A model generated the notes under the pieces. That model saw only the letters and a program-made list of their open reading frames with translations. It did not search any database and was not told where the DNA came from. Of a DNA stretch of 64,000 bases, positions 27,672 to 37,712 are shown in pieces. Source of the DNA: an uncultured Acetatifactor sp. (lineage in GTDB: Bacteria; Bacillota; Clostridia; Lachnospirales; Lachnospiraceae); assembly GCA_910586775.1 (NCBI GenBank), contig CAJUJN010000006.1, positions 26,344 to 90,343 of the forward strand, written 5' to 3'. The position numbers were made by a program, and so were the translations under genes. Each line of letters starts with the position of its first letter. Positions within the stretch are counted from its first letter, which is position 1.

Positions 27672-29933
27672 CTACTCACGGGAATACAGCGGAAAACACA
27701 ACATTACTTTAAACAAATCCCCGTCAATCACAATCTCCATCCTCCCGTGCTGCAGTTCCACCAGACTCTTTGCAATGGACAGCCCAAGACCGTTTCCTTC
27801 CATATGCCGGGATTTATCCCCTCTCACAAAACGCTCTTCCAGTTCCTCCGCCGAGATATCCAACGGATACTTGGACATATTCCGGAAAATGATCTGTACT
27901 TCATCTCCTCTGACTCCCACGTTCAGGTATACTCTGGAGTTTTCCTGCGCGTATTTACAGATATTATTCAACAGATTTTCAAACACTCTCCATAACCTTC
28001 TGCCATCTGCCAGAATAGTCACCATCGCTTCGGGCTGTCGGGTAATCAACTCCAGCTGCTTCTCCTCCATACGCTGCTGGTATTCCCCCACCGCCTGAGA
28101 AAGCAGCACTCCCACCTCACAGGGCTCCAGATTCACCTCCAGATTCCCTGTCGTCGCCTTGGAGGCTTCCACCAGATCCTCCAGCAGCTTTTTCAGCCGC
28201 CTGGACTGGCGCAGCAGCACTTCCGCATATTCCCTTATCTTCCCATTGTCTATGAATGACACCGCATTGCTCCCGGCCGGCAGCGCCTGCCCCTCTGTCC
28301 CGCACTCTCCTGACCTGCCCTGCCCGCACAGCCGCTCTTCCGGATCCGGATACCCGGAAACCTGGCTTTCTGACGGTTGGATTTCAGAAACCTGTTCCTC
28401 CAGGTTCACTTCTTCCCAAATCAAATCTGCATAATTGATAATCGAAGTCAGCGGCGTCTTCAGATCATGGGATACATTCGAAATCAATTCAGTCTTCATC
28501 CGCTCACTTTTCATGCGTGCTTCCACCGCCTTGGAAATCCCCAGCCCCAGACTGTTCAGATTCTCCCCGTGCTCACGGAAAGCCCCAAACATTCTGGATG
28601 TATCCACACGGTAATTTTCCTCTCCGTCAGCCAGCTTCTGACTGGCTTTCAGAAGTTTCCTGCAGATTAGAGCAATATACATAATCGCGAGCAGGAGAAC
28701 TGCCTTTTCCACTGCCCACAGCATGACTCCTTCCTCTCTGTTTATAAACAGGATTACTCCCATGAATTCCAGAATGCAGATTCCAAGATATACAATCAGC
28801 GTCGTCATAATCAACGGAATCCCTCTCACCAATGCCGCCAGTTCCCTGCCAAGGAAGCGCAGAACCCTGCCAAGCCACCGCAGTATCACATATACAAGGC
28901 TGTGTCTCCAGCACCTGCCACGTTTCACCCTCAGCGCAAAGTCCATAAAGTAGAATGTCATCCAGACTGCCAGCGCCGTTCCTCCCAAAGCCATCAAAAG
29001 CACCTGAAGAATATCATCGGCATAGGATATCTCCGTTGCCATGAAAAAGAGAAATACTATCGCCACACCTCCGAAGAGTACAGTTAATACATCCAGGTGT
29101 ATCGCTGTCAGCGCACCCGGAACGATTCCCTCACGGCCATTGCGGTGCCCCGCACTGCACATCAGAAACAGGAAGCAGTTCAGGCACAGAAAGATACCTG
29201 TGACCGCCACGCCTATCAATATATATCGAATGTCATACAGATATTTCACCAGCCCGGCCATACTGCTGAAGTTGTCTTCAAACGGAAAGTCCGTATCAAT
29301 ATAAGCACGAAGTATATACCATTCATCATCCTTCATTGCATACCCGTTAATACGAACCGTTTTTCCTTTCTCTTCAAATACAATATAAATATCTGTTACC
29401 AGTTTCGTTTTATCCCCATTGCCTGAATTCCACAGTACACTTTCCCTGCCCGTCTCTGTTTCATCCCCGCTCCCTGAACTCCACAGTACATTTTCCCCGC
29501 CATCATCATCCACATGAATCAATTGCAGATCAAGATTAGTATCCCTGCACATTTCTGCAACTGCCTTCATATCCCCCTGCTCTATATATCTTTCAGCAGT
29601 ATACGCCATATACCTGCATTGCGGAGTCATAACGTCTATCAGAACCGAATCCAGCTCTCCCGTATAAAATCCCTGACTCTCCATATACAGGCATACAAGC
29701 CCCGATCCAAGTCCCACCAGACAGGATGCGGCCAGCAGAAAAAACGCAACTATTTTTGCCACCATGGAGCCTGTCAAACGAAAAACGCGATTTTTGCGCT
29801 TCTTGCGGACAGCAACATCCTCTGCCTCTTCATCGTTCCAGCCAATCGTATACTCGTTTCCCGTCTTCTGCTCTTCCTGATTCTCTTCCGCCCAACCTTC
29901 CGTTCCGGCTTCGTTTTCATATCGCTTTTTCAT
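27672..29933 (-). CDS. Membrane sensor histidine kinase (partner of the OmpR-type regulator upstream)
   Basis: H-box SHDLKTPLTSI, N-box NLLNNICKY and G-box GNGLGLSIAK, with a multi-TM N-terminal region. 753 aa. Confidence 0.9.
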   Translation of the reverse strand: MKKRYENEAGTEGWAEENQEEQKTGNEYTIGWNDEEAEDVAVRKKRKNRVFRLTGSMVAKIVAFFLLAASCLVGLGSGLVCLYMESQGFYTGELDSVLIDVMTPQCRYMAYTAERYIEQGDMKAVAEMCRDTNLDLQLIHVDDDGGENVLWSSGSGDETETGRESVLWNSGNGDKTKLVTDIYIVFEEKGKTVRINGYAMKDDEWYILRAYIDTDFPFEDNFSSMAGLVKYLYDIRYILIGVAVTGIFLCLNCFLFLMCSAGHRNGREGIVPGALTAIHLDVLTVLFGGVAIVFLFFMATEISYADDILQVLLMALGGTALAVWMTFYFMDFALRVKRGRCWRHSLVYVILRWLGRVLRFLGRELAALVRGIPLIMTTLIVYLGICILEFMGVILFINREEGVMLWAVEKAVLLLAIMYIALICRKLLKASQKLADGEENYRVDTSRMFGAFREHGENLNSLGLGISKAVEARMKSERMKTELISNVSHDLKTPLTSIINYADLIWEEVNLEEQVSEIQPSESQVSGYPDPEERLCGQGRSGECGTEGQALPAGSNAVSFIDNGKIREYAEVLLRQSRRLKKLLEDLVEASKATTGNLEVNLEPCEVGVLLSQAVGEYQQRMEEKQLELITRQPEAMVTILADGRRLWRVFENLLNNICKYAQENSRVYLNVGVRGDEVQIIFRNMSKYPLDISAEELEERFVRGDKSRHMEGNGLGLSIAKSLVELQHGRMEIVIDGDLFKVMLCFPLYSRE

Positions 29934-30030
29934 CTTTCTCCTGCCCTTTCTGTATCTGGGGTATCATTTTCTCAGGAAACCTTTTCACAGTGCGAAACTT
30001 AGATTTTCTTTACCAGTGTACTTTACTGCC

Positions 30031-30723
30031 TTAGGAAATCTTTTCGCACTTGTAGCCCTGCCCCCACACCACCTTGAGGTACCTCGGCTCCGCCGGATTA
30101 ATCTCCAGCTTCTCCCGTATATGCCGTATATGTACCGCCACCGTATTTTCGCTTCCATAAGGCATATCATTCCAGATTCTCCGGTATATCTCCCTGGGAG
30201 AAAATACCTGCCCCGGATGCTGCATTAAAAGCTTCAGAATCTCATATTCCGTAGGCGTCAGAGACACTTCCTCCCCGTCCAACAGCACCTTTTTCTGTGT
30301 GTCATCCAGCTCTATGCCGCCGCAGCGAAGCAGTTCCTGCCTGACATTTCCCGCTCCCAGCTGCATATACCTGCGCAACTGGGATTTCACTCTGGCGGAT
30401 ACTTCCACAGGATTGAACGGCTTCGTAATATAATCATCTGCCCCCACTGTCAGACCCAGAATTTTATCCGAATCTTCGGATTTCGCCGTCAGCAGAATCA
30501 CCGGCACATTGCTCATCTCCCGAATCTTCACCATGGCCTCTATCCCGTCCATCTCCGGCATCATGATGTCCATCAATACCAGATGTATTTCCTGTTCTCT
30601 CACGATTTTCAGCGCTTCCCTGCCGTCAAAAGCCTCATGCAGTACATAATTGGAATCGTGCAGATAGATTTTTAATGCATTCACGATATCCCGTTCATCA
30701 TCACAGATTAAAATATGGTACAT
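30031..30723 (-). CDS. OmpR-family response regulator (canonical receiver)
   Basis: ILICDDERDI, LVLMDIMMPEMDG, ADDYITKPF and the winged-helix motif TVAVHIRHIREKL. Confidence 0.93.
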   Translation of the reverse strand: MYHILICDDERDIVNALKIYLHDSNYVLHEAFDGREALKIVREQEIHLVLMDIMMPEMDGIEAMVKIREMSNVPVILLTAKSEDSDKILGLTVGADDYITKPFNPVEVSARVKSQLRRYMQLGAGNVRQELLRCGGIELDDTQKKVLLDGEEVSLTPTEYEILKLLMQHPGQVFSPREIYRRIWNDMPYGSENTVAVHIRHIREKLEINPAEPRYLKVVWGQGYKCEKIS

Positions 30724-30808
30724 TTCCTTTATCCTTCCTCATAAAAATTGCTGACATCATACCATGTAATTATTTTACCAGAACATCGTTTAATAAAAAA
30801 CAGGGGAA

Positions 30809-30830
30809 TTCTTTAAGATATGTTTAAGAT
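30809..30830 (-). promoter_or_regulatory. Direct-repeat candidate operator upstream of the RR/HK operon
   Basis: On the minus strand, ATCTTAAACAT ATCTTAAAGAA forms two 11-nt-phased TCTTAAA repeats. They lie about 50 nt upstream of an extended -10-like TGGTATGAT. Confidence 0.3.
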
Positions 30831-30840
30831 TTATATTTAC

Positions 30841-30880
30841 ACAAAATAAACCGGCAGCAAAATATCATTACTGCCGGTTT
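30841..30880 (-). terminator. Rho-independent terminator after the GH42 gene
   Basis: AAACCGGCAG (30848-30857) pairs with CTGCCGGTTT (30871-30880). On the minus strand it is followed by ATTTTGT. Confidence 0.7.
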
Positions 30881-30928
30881 ACAGACTTATTCCAACAATT
30901 TATGCTCACGGTCAAAAACAACCGTGGC

Positions 30929-33076
30929 TCAGAATCTGGCAACCCGTATTACAGCTGTCCCGAAAGGGCCCAACAGCAATCTCTTGCCTTCTCCCTGACA
31001 ATACAATATCTCTGCATCGAAGAGCTCCACATCCGAATTTCCTTTCATAAATGCTTCCTCAGGCGTTTCCGCCCCAAGAAGCTCTGCCTGTTCCGGTATT
31101 TCCAGCCTGCAGTTCTCCTCACCCCAGTTAATATAGAAGTAATAACTGAAAGATTCATCCCGGCGGACTGACAACTCTACTTCCTTCGGAAGTCTCCTGT
31201 GCCGTTCACTCATCATCTCCATGGAAGAAAACAGCTTTTCATAAAAACAATCCAAAAAGTCCTCCGATGCCCTGGTTCCCAGATACCACACACAGCCCGC
31301 CCCAGACTGATGGCTGGTCAGCACAGGCATCCCCTGATACCAGGAAGTACCGTGTACCGCTTCGGCTCTGGCTGTCTCCAGATGAATGACCTCACCATAA
31401 TCCCGGCTGCCCCATATTCCCTGAAGCCCCAGGCTGTTCTCGGGCATGCTGACAATCCTGCCCTGTTCTTCTGGATACAGGGTATCCAGCTCCTCCACCC
31501 ATATTCCCGCCAACTCTCTGAGCGGTCCCGGAAATCCCCCCTGAAAACACAAATCGTTTTCATCCACAATCCCGCTGAGACAGGTCAGCACCAGAATGCC
31601 TCCCTTTTCCACAAAAGCCTCCAGCTTCCCGGGGACACCCTCTTTTATCAGATACAGCATGGGAGCCGCTATCAGACGGTAACCTTCCAGATTCTCTCCC
31701 TCTTCAATCACATCCACATTCATGCCCAGACTTCGCAGCGCCGTATAATGTTCCCTTACGGTCTCCTCATAGTACTTATTCTGCCTGGGTCCAACGGAAC
31801 CATTCAGCGCCCATCGATTACTCCAGTCGTACAAAATAGCTGTCCCGGATTGATGTTCTGTTCCTGCAACCTCTCCAAGTCTCTCCAGAATGTCTCCCAG
31901 CTGCGCGGTCTCCCTGAAGACCCTTGTATGTTCATGTCCGCTGTGGCCCACCACGGCACCGTGGAACTTCTCAAAAGCTCCTCTGCTTTTCCGCCATTGA
32001 AAATATTGTACACTGTCCGCCCCATGAGCCACCGCCTGCAGACATCCTGCCCTGTGCAGCCCCGGACTCTTCGGTTTTCCCACCTCCGTCCAGTTTGTCA
32101 TTGAAGGCGTAGTCTCCATAAGCAGAAACGGTTTTTTCTTCAGGCTGCGGATTACATCATATTCAAACCCCGCCTTCATCGCCACCTTCCACGGACTCTC
32201 TTTCCCCCACTCCGGATACAGGTCAATGGATGCTATATCCAGCGAGGGGGCCAGTCTGGGATAATCCACCTCTATGAAACTGCCGATCATATTGGTGGTC
32301 ACAGGAATATCCGGTGCATATGACCTTACCGCCCGGATTTCCATATCCATGAATTCTTTGGTCTGGGCAGTAACAAATCTTTTCCAGTCCAGAGCCAGTC
32401 CCTGTATCGCCCTCTCCCCTCTGGAAGAAGGGGATTCCACCTGTTCCCACTCCATGAAAGTTTTAGACCAGAATCCGGTCCACCAGGCTTGATTCAAATT
32501 CTCCAGAGAGCCGTACTTTCTCTTCAGGAATTCCCGGAAAGTCTCCTGGCATAAATCGCAATGGCATTCTCCATGGTACTCATTGGAAATATGCCATGCC
32601 TTTAACGCCGGATGCCTTCCATATCTCCCGGCCAGTTTTTCGTCTATCCGCCTGGTCAGCTCTCTGTACCGGGGCGAAGTATAGCAATGGTTCATCCGCA
32701 TTCCGTACAGATTTTTCTGTCTGTCCTCCGCCACCCTCAGTACTTCCGGATATGCCTTTGCTAGCCATGCCGGCCGTGCCCCGCTGGGAGTGGCCAGAAT
32801 CACGGATATGCCATTCGCATACAGCCTGTCCATCACTTCGTCCAACCATCCGAAACTCCAGTTTCCCTCCCGGGGTTCCAACGCCGCCCAGGCGAATACA
32901 CCCAGTGTCACAGTGTTTATGTGGGCAAGTTTCATCATCCGAATGTCTTCTTCCAGAATTTCCGGCCTGTCCAGCCACTGCTCGGGATAATAATCCGCTC
33001 CGTGTATCAGTTTTTTCCCGTTTCTCTTCTTTTCATCCGTTTTCCTTCTGTCCGTTTTCTCCCACCCCTTTTCCAT
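30929..33076 (-). CDS. Glycoside hydrolase family 42 beta-galactosidase
   Basis: GADYYPEQW, LGVFAWAALEP and WHISNEY motifs, 715 aa. Confidence 0.9.
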   Translation of the reverse strand: MEKGWEKTDRRKTDEKKRNGKKLIHGADYYPEQWLDRPEILEEDIRMMKLAHINTVTLGVFAWAALEPREGNWSFGWLDEVMDRLYANGISVILATPSGARPAWLAKAYPEVLRVAEDRQKNLYGMRMNHCYTSPRYRELTRRIDEKLAGRYGRHPALKAWHISNEYHGECHCDLCQETFREFLKRKYGSLENLNQAWWTGFWSKTFMEWEQVESPSSRGERAIQGLALDWKRFVTAQTKEFMDMEIRAVRSYAPDIPVTTNMIGSFIEVDYPRLAPSLDIASIDLYPEWGKESPWKVAMKAGFEYDVIRSLKKKPFLLMETTPSMTNWTEVGKPKSPGLHRAGCLQAVAHGADSVQYFQWRKSRGAFEKFHGAVVGHSGHEHTRVFRETAQLGDILERLGEVAGTEHQSGTAILYDWSNRWALNGSVGPRQNKYYEETVREHYTALRSLGMNVDVIEEGENLEGYRLIAAPMLYLIKEGVPGKLEAFVEKGGILVLTCLSGIVDENDLCFQGGFPGPLRELAGIWVEELDTLYPEEQGRIVSMPENSLGLQGIWGSRDYGEVIHLETARAEAVHGTSWYQGMPVLTSHQSGAGCVWYLGTRASEDFLDCFYEKLFSSMEMMSERHRRLPKEVELSVRRDESFSYYFYINWGEENCRLEIPEQAELLGAETPEEAFMKGNSDVELFDAEILYCQGEGKRLLLGPFGTAVIRVARF

Positions 33077-33134
33077 CCTCTTTCCAAAGCTTCCTTATGT
33101 GGAAATTACTCGGCAACATCCCGTCTTTTTGTTT

Positions 33135-34130
33135 TTACCATTGTATTTGCATACATTCCCTGGCGGCTTGTATTCCCTTTACAATGGCCTCCTCATTGGA
33201 GTACCGCTCCATCTCTATGGGAATCACCCTGTCAGCTTTCTTCCTTTCAAATTTTCTGAGACCATATAAACTCATGACAGGCGCCACATGAATGATTGAA
33301 GCCTTTTCAAATCCCGGTACATTTTCCCTCAGATAATCTCTGAGCATATAGGCATAAATCCGCAGCCCTGCCATTGCGTCCGACAACGTAAATACGGAAA
33401 GCTCCGGCAGCGTTATTTTGATACCGTTAAATATTGTCTCCCCGAAAATATTGCTGTGGCAGCACCTGCTTCCGTCACAGGCATAATGAATCCCTTTTCT
33501 GTCCAATACAGGCTCCAATCCAAAAGTCCCCGTCAGATAGCCTTCCCCTTCCTCATAACCGGGCAGCATCCGTTTCTTCAACGCTTCTTTGGGGATACCG
33601 TTCCATTTCACGGCTCCCTCTGCAACAGCAGTTCCTTCTGTACTATCTGCATCCTGCTTCCTGCGCAGTCCGGCCATCCCGGCAGATTCCTGAAAAGCCT
33701 GTCCGTCAATGACCGCCCCGCATCGGATTTCCAGAGTGCCTGTCTTACATTCCGCCCTGCAAAGGACTCTTTTATTCTCCTGTATCATTTCATAAGGAAA
33801 AATATGAGTCAGTACCGTCACACCTGTCTTCTTCAGCAGCCTGGCCAATACCACTTTTGCCTTCTGGTCATGAAACAGCGGTCCCTTCTGCCCCTCAGCC
33901 TGCCCTGCCTGCTCCCACAGCAATTTGCCATATTCCTGTGCTCTCGCATCTGCAATCCGGTTCCATCGCAGGATTGTCTCCAGACCATTGGAAGCGGCCC
34001 CTCCCAGGGAACCGTTTTTCTCCGTCAGTAGCACCTTTTTACCCATTCCCGCCAGCTCTGCAGCAGCAATACAGCCTTCCAGACTGCCGCCCGTGACCAG
34101 AACATCTGTTTCTATGCATTCCTTATACAT
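33135..34130 (-). CDS. FAD-dependent oxidoreductase-like protein with degenerate dinucleotide motif
   Basis: DVLVTGGSLEGCIAAAELAGMGKKVLLTEKNGSLGG. The ATG at 34130 is preceded by AGGAGG. The longer ORF-track start is basic low-complexity sequence. Confidence 0.75.
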   Translation of the reverse strand: MYKECIETDVLVTGGSLEGCIAAAELAGMGKKVLLTEKNGSLGGAASNGLETILRWNRIADARAQEYGKLLWEQAGQAEGQKGPLFHDQKAKVVLARLLKKTGVTVLTHIFPYEMIQENKRVLCRAECKTGTLEIRCGAVIDGQAFQESAGMAGLRRKQDADSTEGTAVAEGAVKWNGIPKEALKKRMLPGYEEGEGYLTGTFGLEPVLDRKGIHYACDGSRCCHSNIFGETIFNGIKITLPELSVFTLSDAMAGLRIYAYMLRDYLRENVPGFEKASIIHVAPVMSLYGLRKFERKKADRVIPIEMERYSNEEAIVKGIQAARECMQIQW

Positions 34131-34287
34131 CACCTGACCTCCTATTCCTGACCGGCATTTTCTTACGCCTTGCCTCCGGCACTTTCTTATGGACTTGTCC
34201 CTGGCACTAAACTTACCGCCATGCCTACATTCACAAATCCGGCTTCTTTTGCCTTTCCTTTTTCCGCTCCTGTTTTGAATTGTTTGG

Positions 34288-35796
34288 TCAATCCAGCTCA
34301 TCTGCAAGCCCCAGTTCCTTCAGCCGCTCCGGCGTGCCCAGGTACACATTCTGCCCAAGCAGTTCCTTCTGCAGCTGCCGGATTGAAATCTTTCTCACCG
34401 GAATGTCCTGCCTTGCCGCCAATGCCGCCGCTGCCCCTGCCGCCTGCCCCAGGGACATGCCCGCGGACTGATACCGCAGCATCGTCTGGGGAACCGCGGA
34501 TACGCTTTTACCGCTGGCCACCAGCAGATTCTCCACACCCTCCGGAACCATAACGCCAAAAGGAATATCCACGGTGGCATTTCCCACAAATTCTCCTGAA
34601 AGTTTGAAATTCATCTGTTTGGGCCTGCAGGCAATCACGTCATCCGCATAAATATTTTCCTCTGTCTGATCTGCGGATTTTGCATATCTGGGGTCCTCCG
34701 TCAGATTCCTCAGAATATTATACTCGATATCCGTGCCGTTTGCCGTGGGATCATCGGAAGCAATTTTGCCCTCTATGGTCTTCTCATCCTTGTCAAAGGT
34801 TACATGTCCCTCAATCCCCCGGCTGACCCTCACCGCCAGTTCATCGGAAACCTGAGCCACATAGGCATGCTCGAATCCCGGTATATTTCGCACCATAAAA
34901 TCCGCTACATAACAGACTGCCTCGTGAGCTTTTGTCTCCGCATCGGATAACACAAAGGGGTCCAGAGAGCGCACCCGCCACATCTGGGAATTGATCACCG
35001 CCGTATGGGAGCCCTTCATACCGATAATACAGCAGGAATCCATGGAAAAAATATCTCCGATTTCCTTCCGGAACCGGCCTTCCTTAATGGCATCCTGAAA
35101 CAGGTTCCACTCTTCCCCTCCGGAATGAGGAAAATAGAGAACATCCCTGTTCAGCCATACCTCCTCGAACTCCTGAAAATTCTTCATGGCATCAATGCCT
35201 GTGGGAAATGTATCCGGGTGCTCCTTAAAATGAAGATACAGCTCTTCCAGATTCACATTGGCAAATTTAAAGGTTAATGTGGCCATTCCACAGGCATAGC
35301 GGGTAGGCGCTTCCGCCTTCCATGCCACATCGCATTCCCCGGTAGTGTCAATTACCTGCTTTGCACGGATCAGTTCTTTTCCCTCCGGCGTATTCACGTA
35401 CACACCGCATATTCTGTCTTCTTCCATATAAGGTTTCAGGGCCATGGTCCCGAACAGGACTTTCACCCCTGCATCTTCCATCATTTCGTCAAAGGTCACC
35501 TTCATCTGTTCCGGATCATGCACCAGCCTCCCATCGGGAAACCTCCATTTTGTGGTGGCAGCATGCTTTTTTTCCATCCTTTCCATCCAGTCCAGAGCCG
35601 CTCCCTTCATTACCATGCACCCGTCCTTTGTAATGAAATGATTATACAAATTGGATATCATACTGGAACCCGCAATTCCTCCCAGGAATCCGTTCCGCTC
35701 CAGAAGAATCACTTCCGCTCCTGCCCTGGCTGCTCCCAGTGCGGCACCGCAACCCGCGCAGCCTCCTCCGCATACTAATACATCCGTAATGATCAT
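34288..35796 (-). CDS. FAD-dependent oxidoreductase (FAD_oxidored-like)
   Basis: DVLVCGGGCAGCGAALGAARAGAEVILLERNGFLGG Rossmann motif. The ATG at 35796 is preceded by AGGAGAG. Confidence 0.85.
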   Translation of the reverse strand: MIITDVLVCGGGCAGCGAALGAARAGAEVILLERNGFLGGIAGSSMISNLYNHFITKDGCMVMKGAALDWMERMEKKHAATTKWRFPDGRLVHDPEQMKVTFDEMMEDAGVKVLFGTMALKPYMEEDRICGVYVNTPEGKELIRAKQVIDTTGECDVAWKAEAPTRYACGMATLTFKFANVNLEELYLHFKEHPDTFPTGIDAMKNFQEFEEVWLNRDVLYFPHSGGEEWNLFQDAIKEGRFRKEIGDIFSMDSCCIIGMKGSHTAVINSQMWRVRSLDPFVLSDAETKAHEAVCYVADFMVRNIPGFEHAYVAQVSDELAVRVSRGIEGHVTFDKDEKTIEGKIASDDPTANGTDIEYNILRNLTEDPRYAKSADQTEENIYADDVIACRPKQMNFKLSGEFVGNATVDIPFGVMVPEGVENLLVASGKSVSAVPQTMLRYQSAGMSLGQAAGAAAALAARQDIPVRKISIRQLQKELLGQNVYLGTPERLKELGLADELD

Positions 35797-35828
35797 TTTT
35801 TCTCTCCTGTCATTCACAATTCTCGTTT

Positions 35829-36665
35829 TCAGCTTTTAATTCCTGTACTGGCAATCCCCTGTACGAAGTATTTCTGCAGGCATATAAACAGAGTCATAAC
35901 CGGCAGCAGACTTACACAGGACATGGCGATAATGCTGTTCCAGTTTACCACCGAATCCGCGTCAATTGCCAGACGCAGCCCCAGGGAAACCGGATAGTTC
36001 TTTACCCTGTCGATATACAACAACGGATTAAAGAAATCATTCCATGTCCATACCGACTGAAACAATACCACCGACACAATGGGTGCCTTTGTCAGTGGCA
36101 GTATCACCCTGGTCAGAATCTGCCATTTCCCCGCCCCGTCGATATAAGCGGCTTCATCCAAATCCTTTGGAATCCCCCGGAAGAACTGAATCAGCAGATA
36201 GGCGAAAAAGGGATTTACCGCCATCACCGCCATGGCATAAAAGGGGATATAGCTGTTCAGCCAGTGGAACTTCTGAAATAATATGTACCGTGGAATCATA
36301 ATTACCGTGTTCGGCAGCATCATGGTGGAAAGCATAAGAGTCATCAGCACCTTCCTGCCCCTGAATTCAAATCTGGAAAAGCCGTAAGCTACCAGGCAGG
36401 AAGAGATTGCCGTAAGCAAAACCGTAGGAGCCACCATCTTACAGGAATTCAGCAAAAAGGTGGAAAACGGTACTGCTGCCGTGGACTTCCAACCGTTGAC
36501 AAAGCCATCAAAAGTAAAATGCTCCGGCAGGAGCCCGACAGAGGTAAAAATTTCCGCATTTTCTTTAAAAGCCGCAAAAAACAGCCACAACAAAGGATAA
36601 CCCACCACAACTGCCGAGATTGATATGATACCGTATAGTCCTGTCTTTTTTATTTTCTGTCTCAT
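35829..36665 (-). CDS. Carbohydrate ABC transporter permease
   Basis: EAAYIDGAGKWQILTRVILP EAA-loop, 278 aa. Confidence 0.9.
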   Translation of the reverse strand: MRQKIKKTGLYGIISISAVVVGYPLLWLFFAAFKENAEIFTSVGLLPEHFTFDGFVNGWKSTAAVPFSTFLLNSCKMVAPTVLLTAISSCLVAYGFSRFEFRGRKVLMTLMLSTMMLPNTVIMIPRYILFQKFHWLNSYIPFYAMAVMAVNPFFAYLLIQFFRGIPKDLDEAAYIDGAGKWQILTRVILPLTKAPIVSVVLFQSVWTWNDFFNPLLYIDRVKNYPVSLGLRLAIDADSVVNWNSIIAMSCVSLLPVMTLFICLQKYFVQGIASTGIKS

Positions 36666-36686
36666 TCATACCCTCCCCATCCGCCG

Positions 36687-37592
36687 CTACTGCCGCTCGT
36701 CCCCATAATATACCCACTTTCCCGACAATCCGAAAAAAGCCAGCGTAAAACTGATGATAATCACGAAAAGTATCCACGACAAGGCACTTGCATACCCTAT
36801 CTTCATATCCCTGAACGCAGTATCATAGAGATAGAGAGAGTACAGATAAGTCTGTTTCACCGGTCCTCCTTTGGTAATCAGGTAAGCCGGGGTAAAGATC
36901 TGAATAATCTCAATAGTCTGCATGATACAGTTAAAGAAAATAACAGGGGAAATCATGGGCAGTGTAATTTTCCGGAATATCTGAAAAGGCCTTGCACCGT
37001 CGATTCTGGCTGCCTCCAGCAAATCTCCCGGCACATTTTTCAGCGCAGCCAGAAATAATACCATGGGCGCCCCCATCTGCCATAAGGGAAGCAGCATCAT
37101 CACATACAGGACCAGTTTGGGATCTCCCAGCCAGTTTGCACCATCGATTCCCATTGCCCCCAACAGCAGATTCAGCAGCCCGTCCTTTTTAAATACATAT
37201 TTCCACAGAACTGCCAGAGCAACGCTGGAACCCAGAATGGAAGGCAGATAGAAAACCGTATAATACAGAACCCTGCCCCTTTGGATACTGTTCAGCATCA
37301 TGGCCACCAACAGCGCCACCAACAGCTTTAGCGGAACAGAAACCGCCGTATACAGCAAGGTCCTGCCCAGAGAGTCCAACGCCGTTTTATCTTTTGTAAA
37401 AATGTCCACATAATTTTTAAATCCGGTAAAACGTATCGTGAACATATCATATTCCGTAAATGAATAGAACAGCGAAACCACAAAGGGATATAAAGTCAGA
37501 ACAAGAAACCCGATAAGCCAGGGTGCAATATAGAGATACCCCAGATATTTATCCTTTTTATGCATATGTAATAATCCCTTCTTCCATATCAA
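36687..37592 (-). CDS. Carbohydrate ABC transporter permease
   Basis: EAARIDGARPFQIFRKITLP EAA-loop, 301 aa. Confidence 0.9.
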   Translation of the reverse strand: MIWKKGLLHMHKKDKYLGYLYIAPWLIGFLVLTLYPFVVSLFYSFTEYDMFTIRFTGFKNYVDIFTKDKTALDSLGRTLLYTAVSVPLKLLVALLVAMMLNSIQRGRVLYYTVFYLPSILGSSVALAVLWKYVFKKDGLLNLLLGAMGIDGANWLGDPKLVLYVMMLLPLWQMGAPMVLFLAALKNVPGDLLEAARIDGARPFQIFRKITLPMISPVIFFNCIMQTIEIIQIFTPAYLITKGGPVKQTYLYSLYLYDTAFRDMKIGYASALSWILFVIIISFTLAFFGLSGKWVYYGDERQ

Positions 37593-37712
37593 GTCTAATC
37601 CGGAATGCCCTGAGCCATGTCTGCCCGGACATTCCGGCGGTGCCTTTTACGGCACTGTCTTTCTCCGTTACAATATCATGTATTACTCTTCCATAGATTT
37701 TCTCCTATTTCC

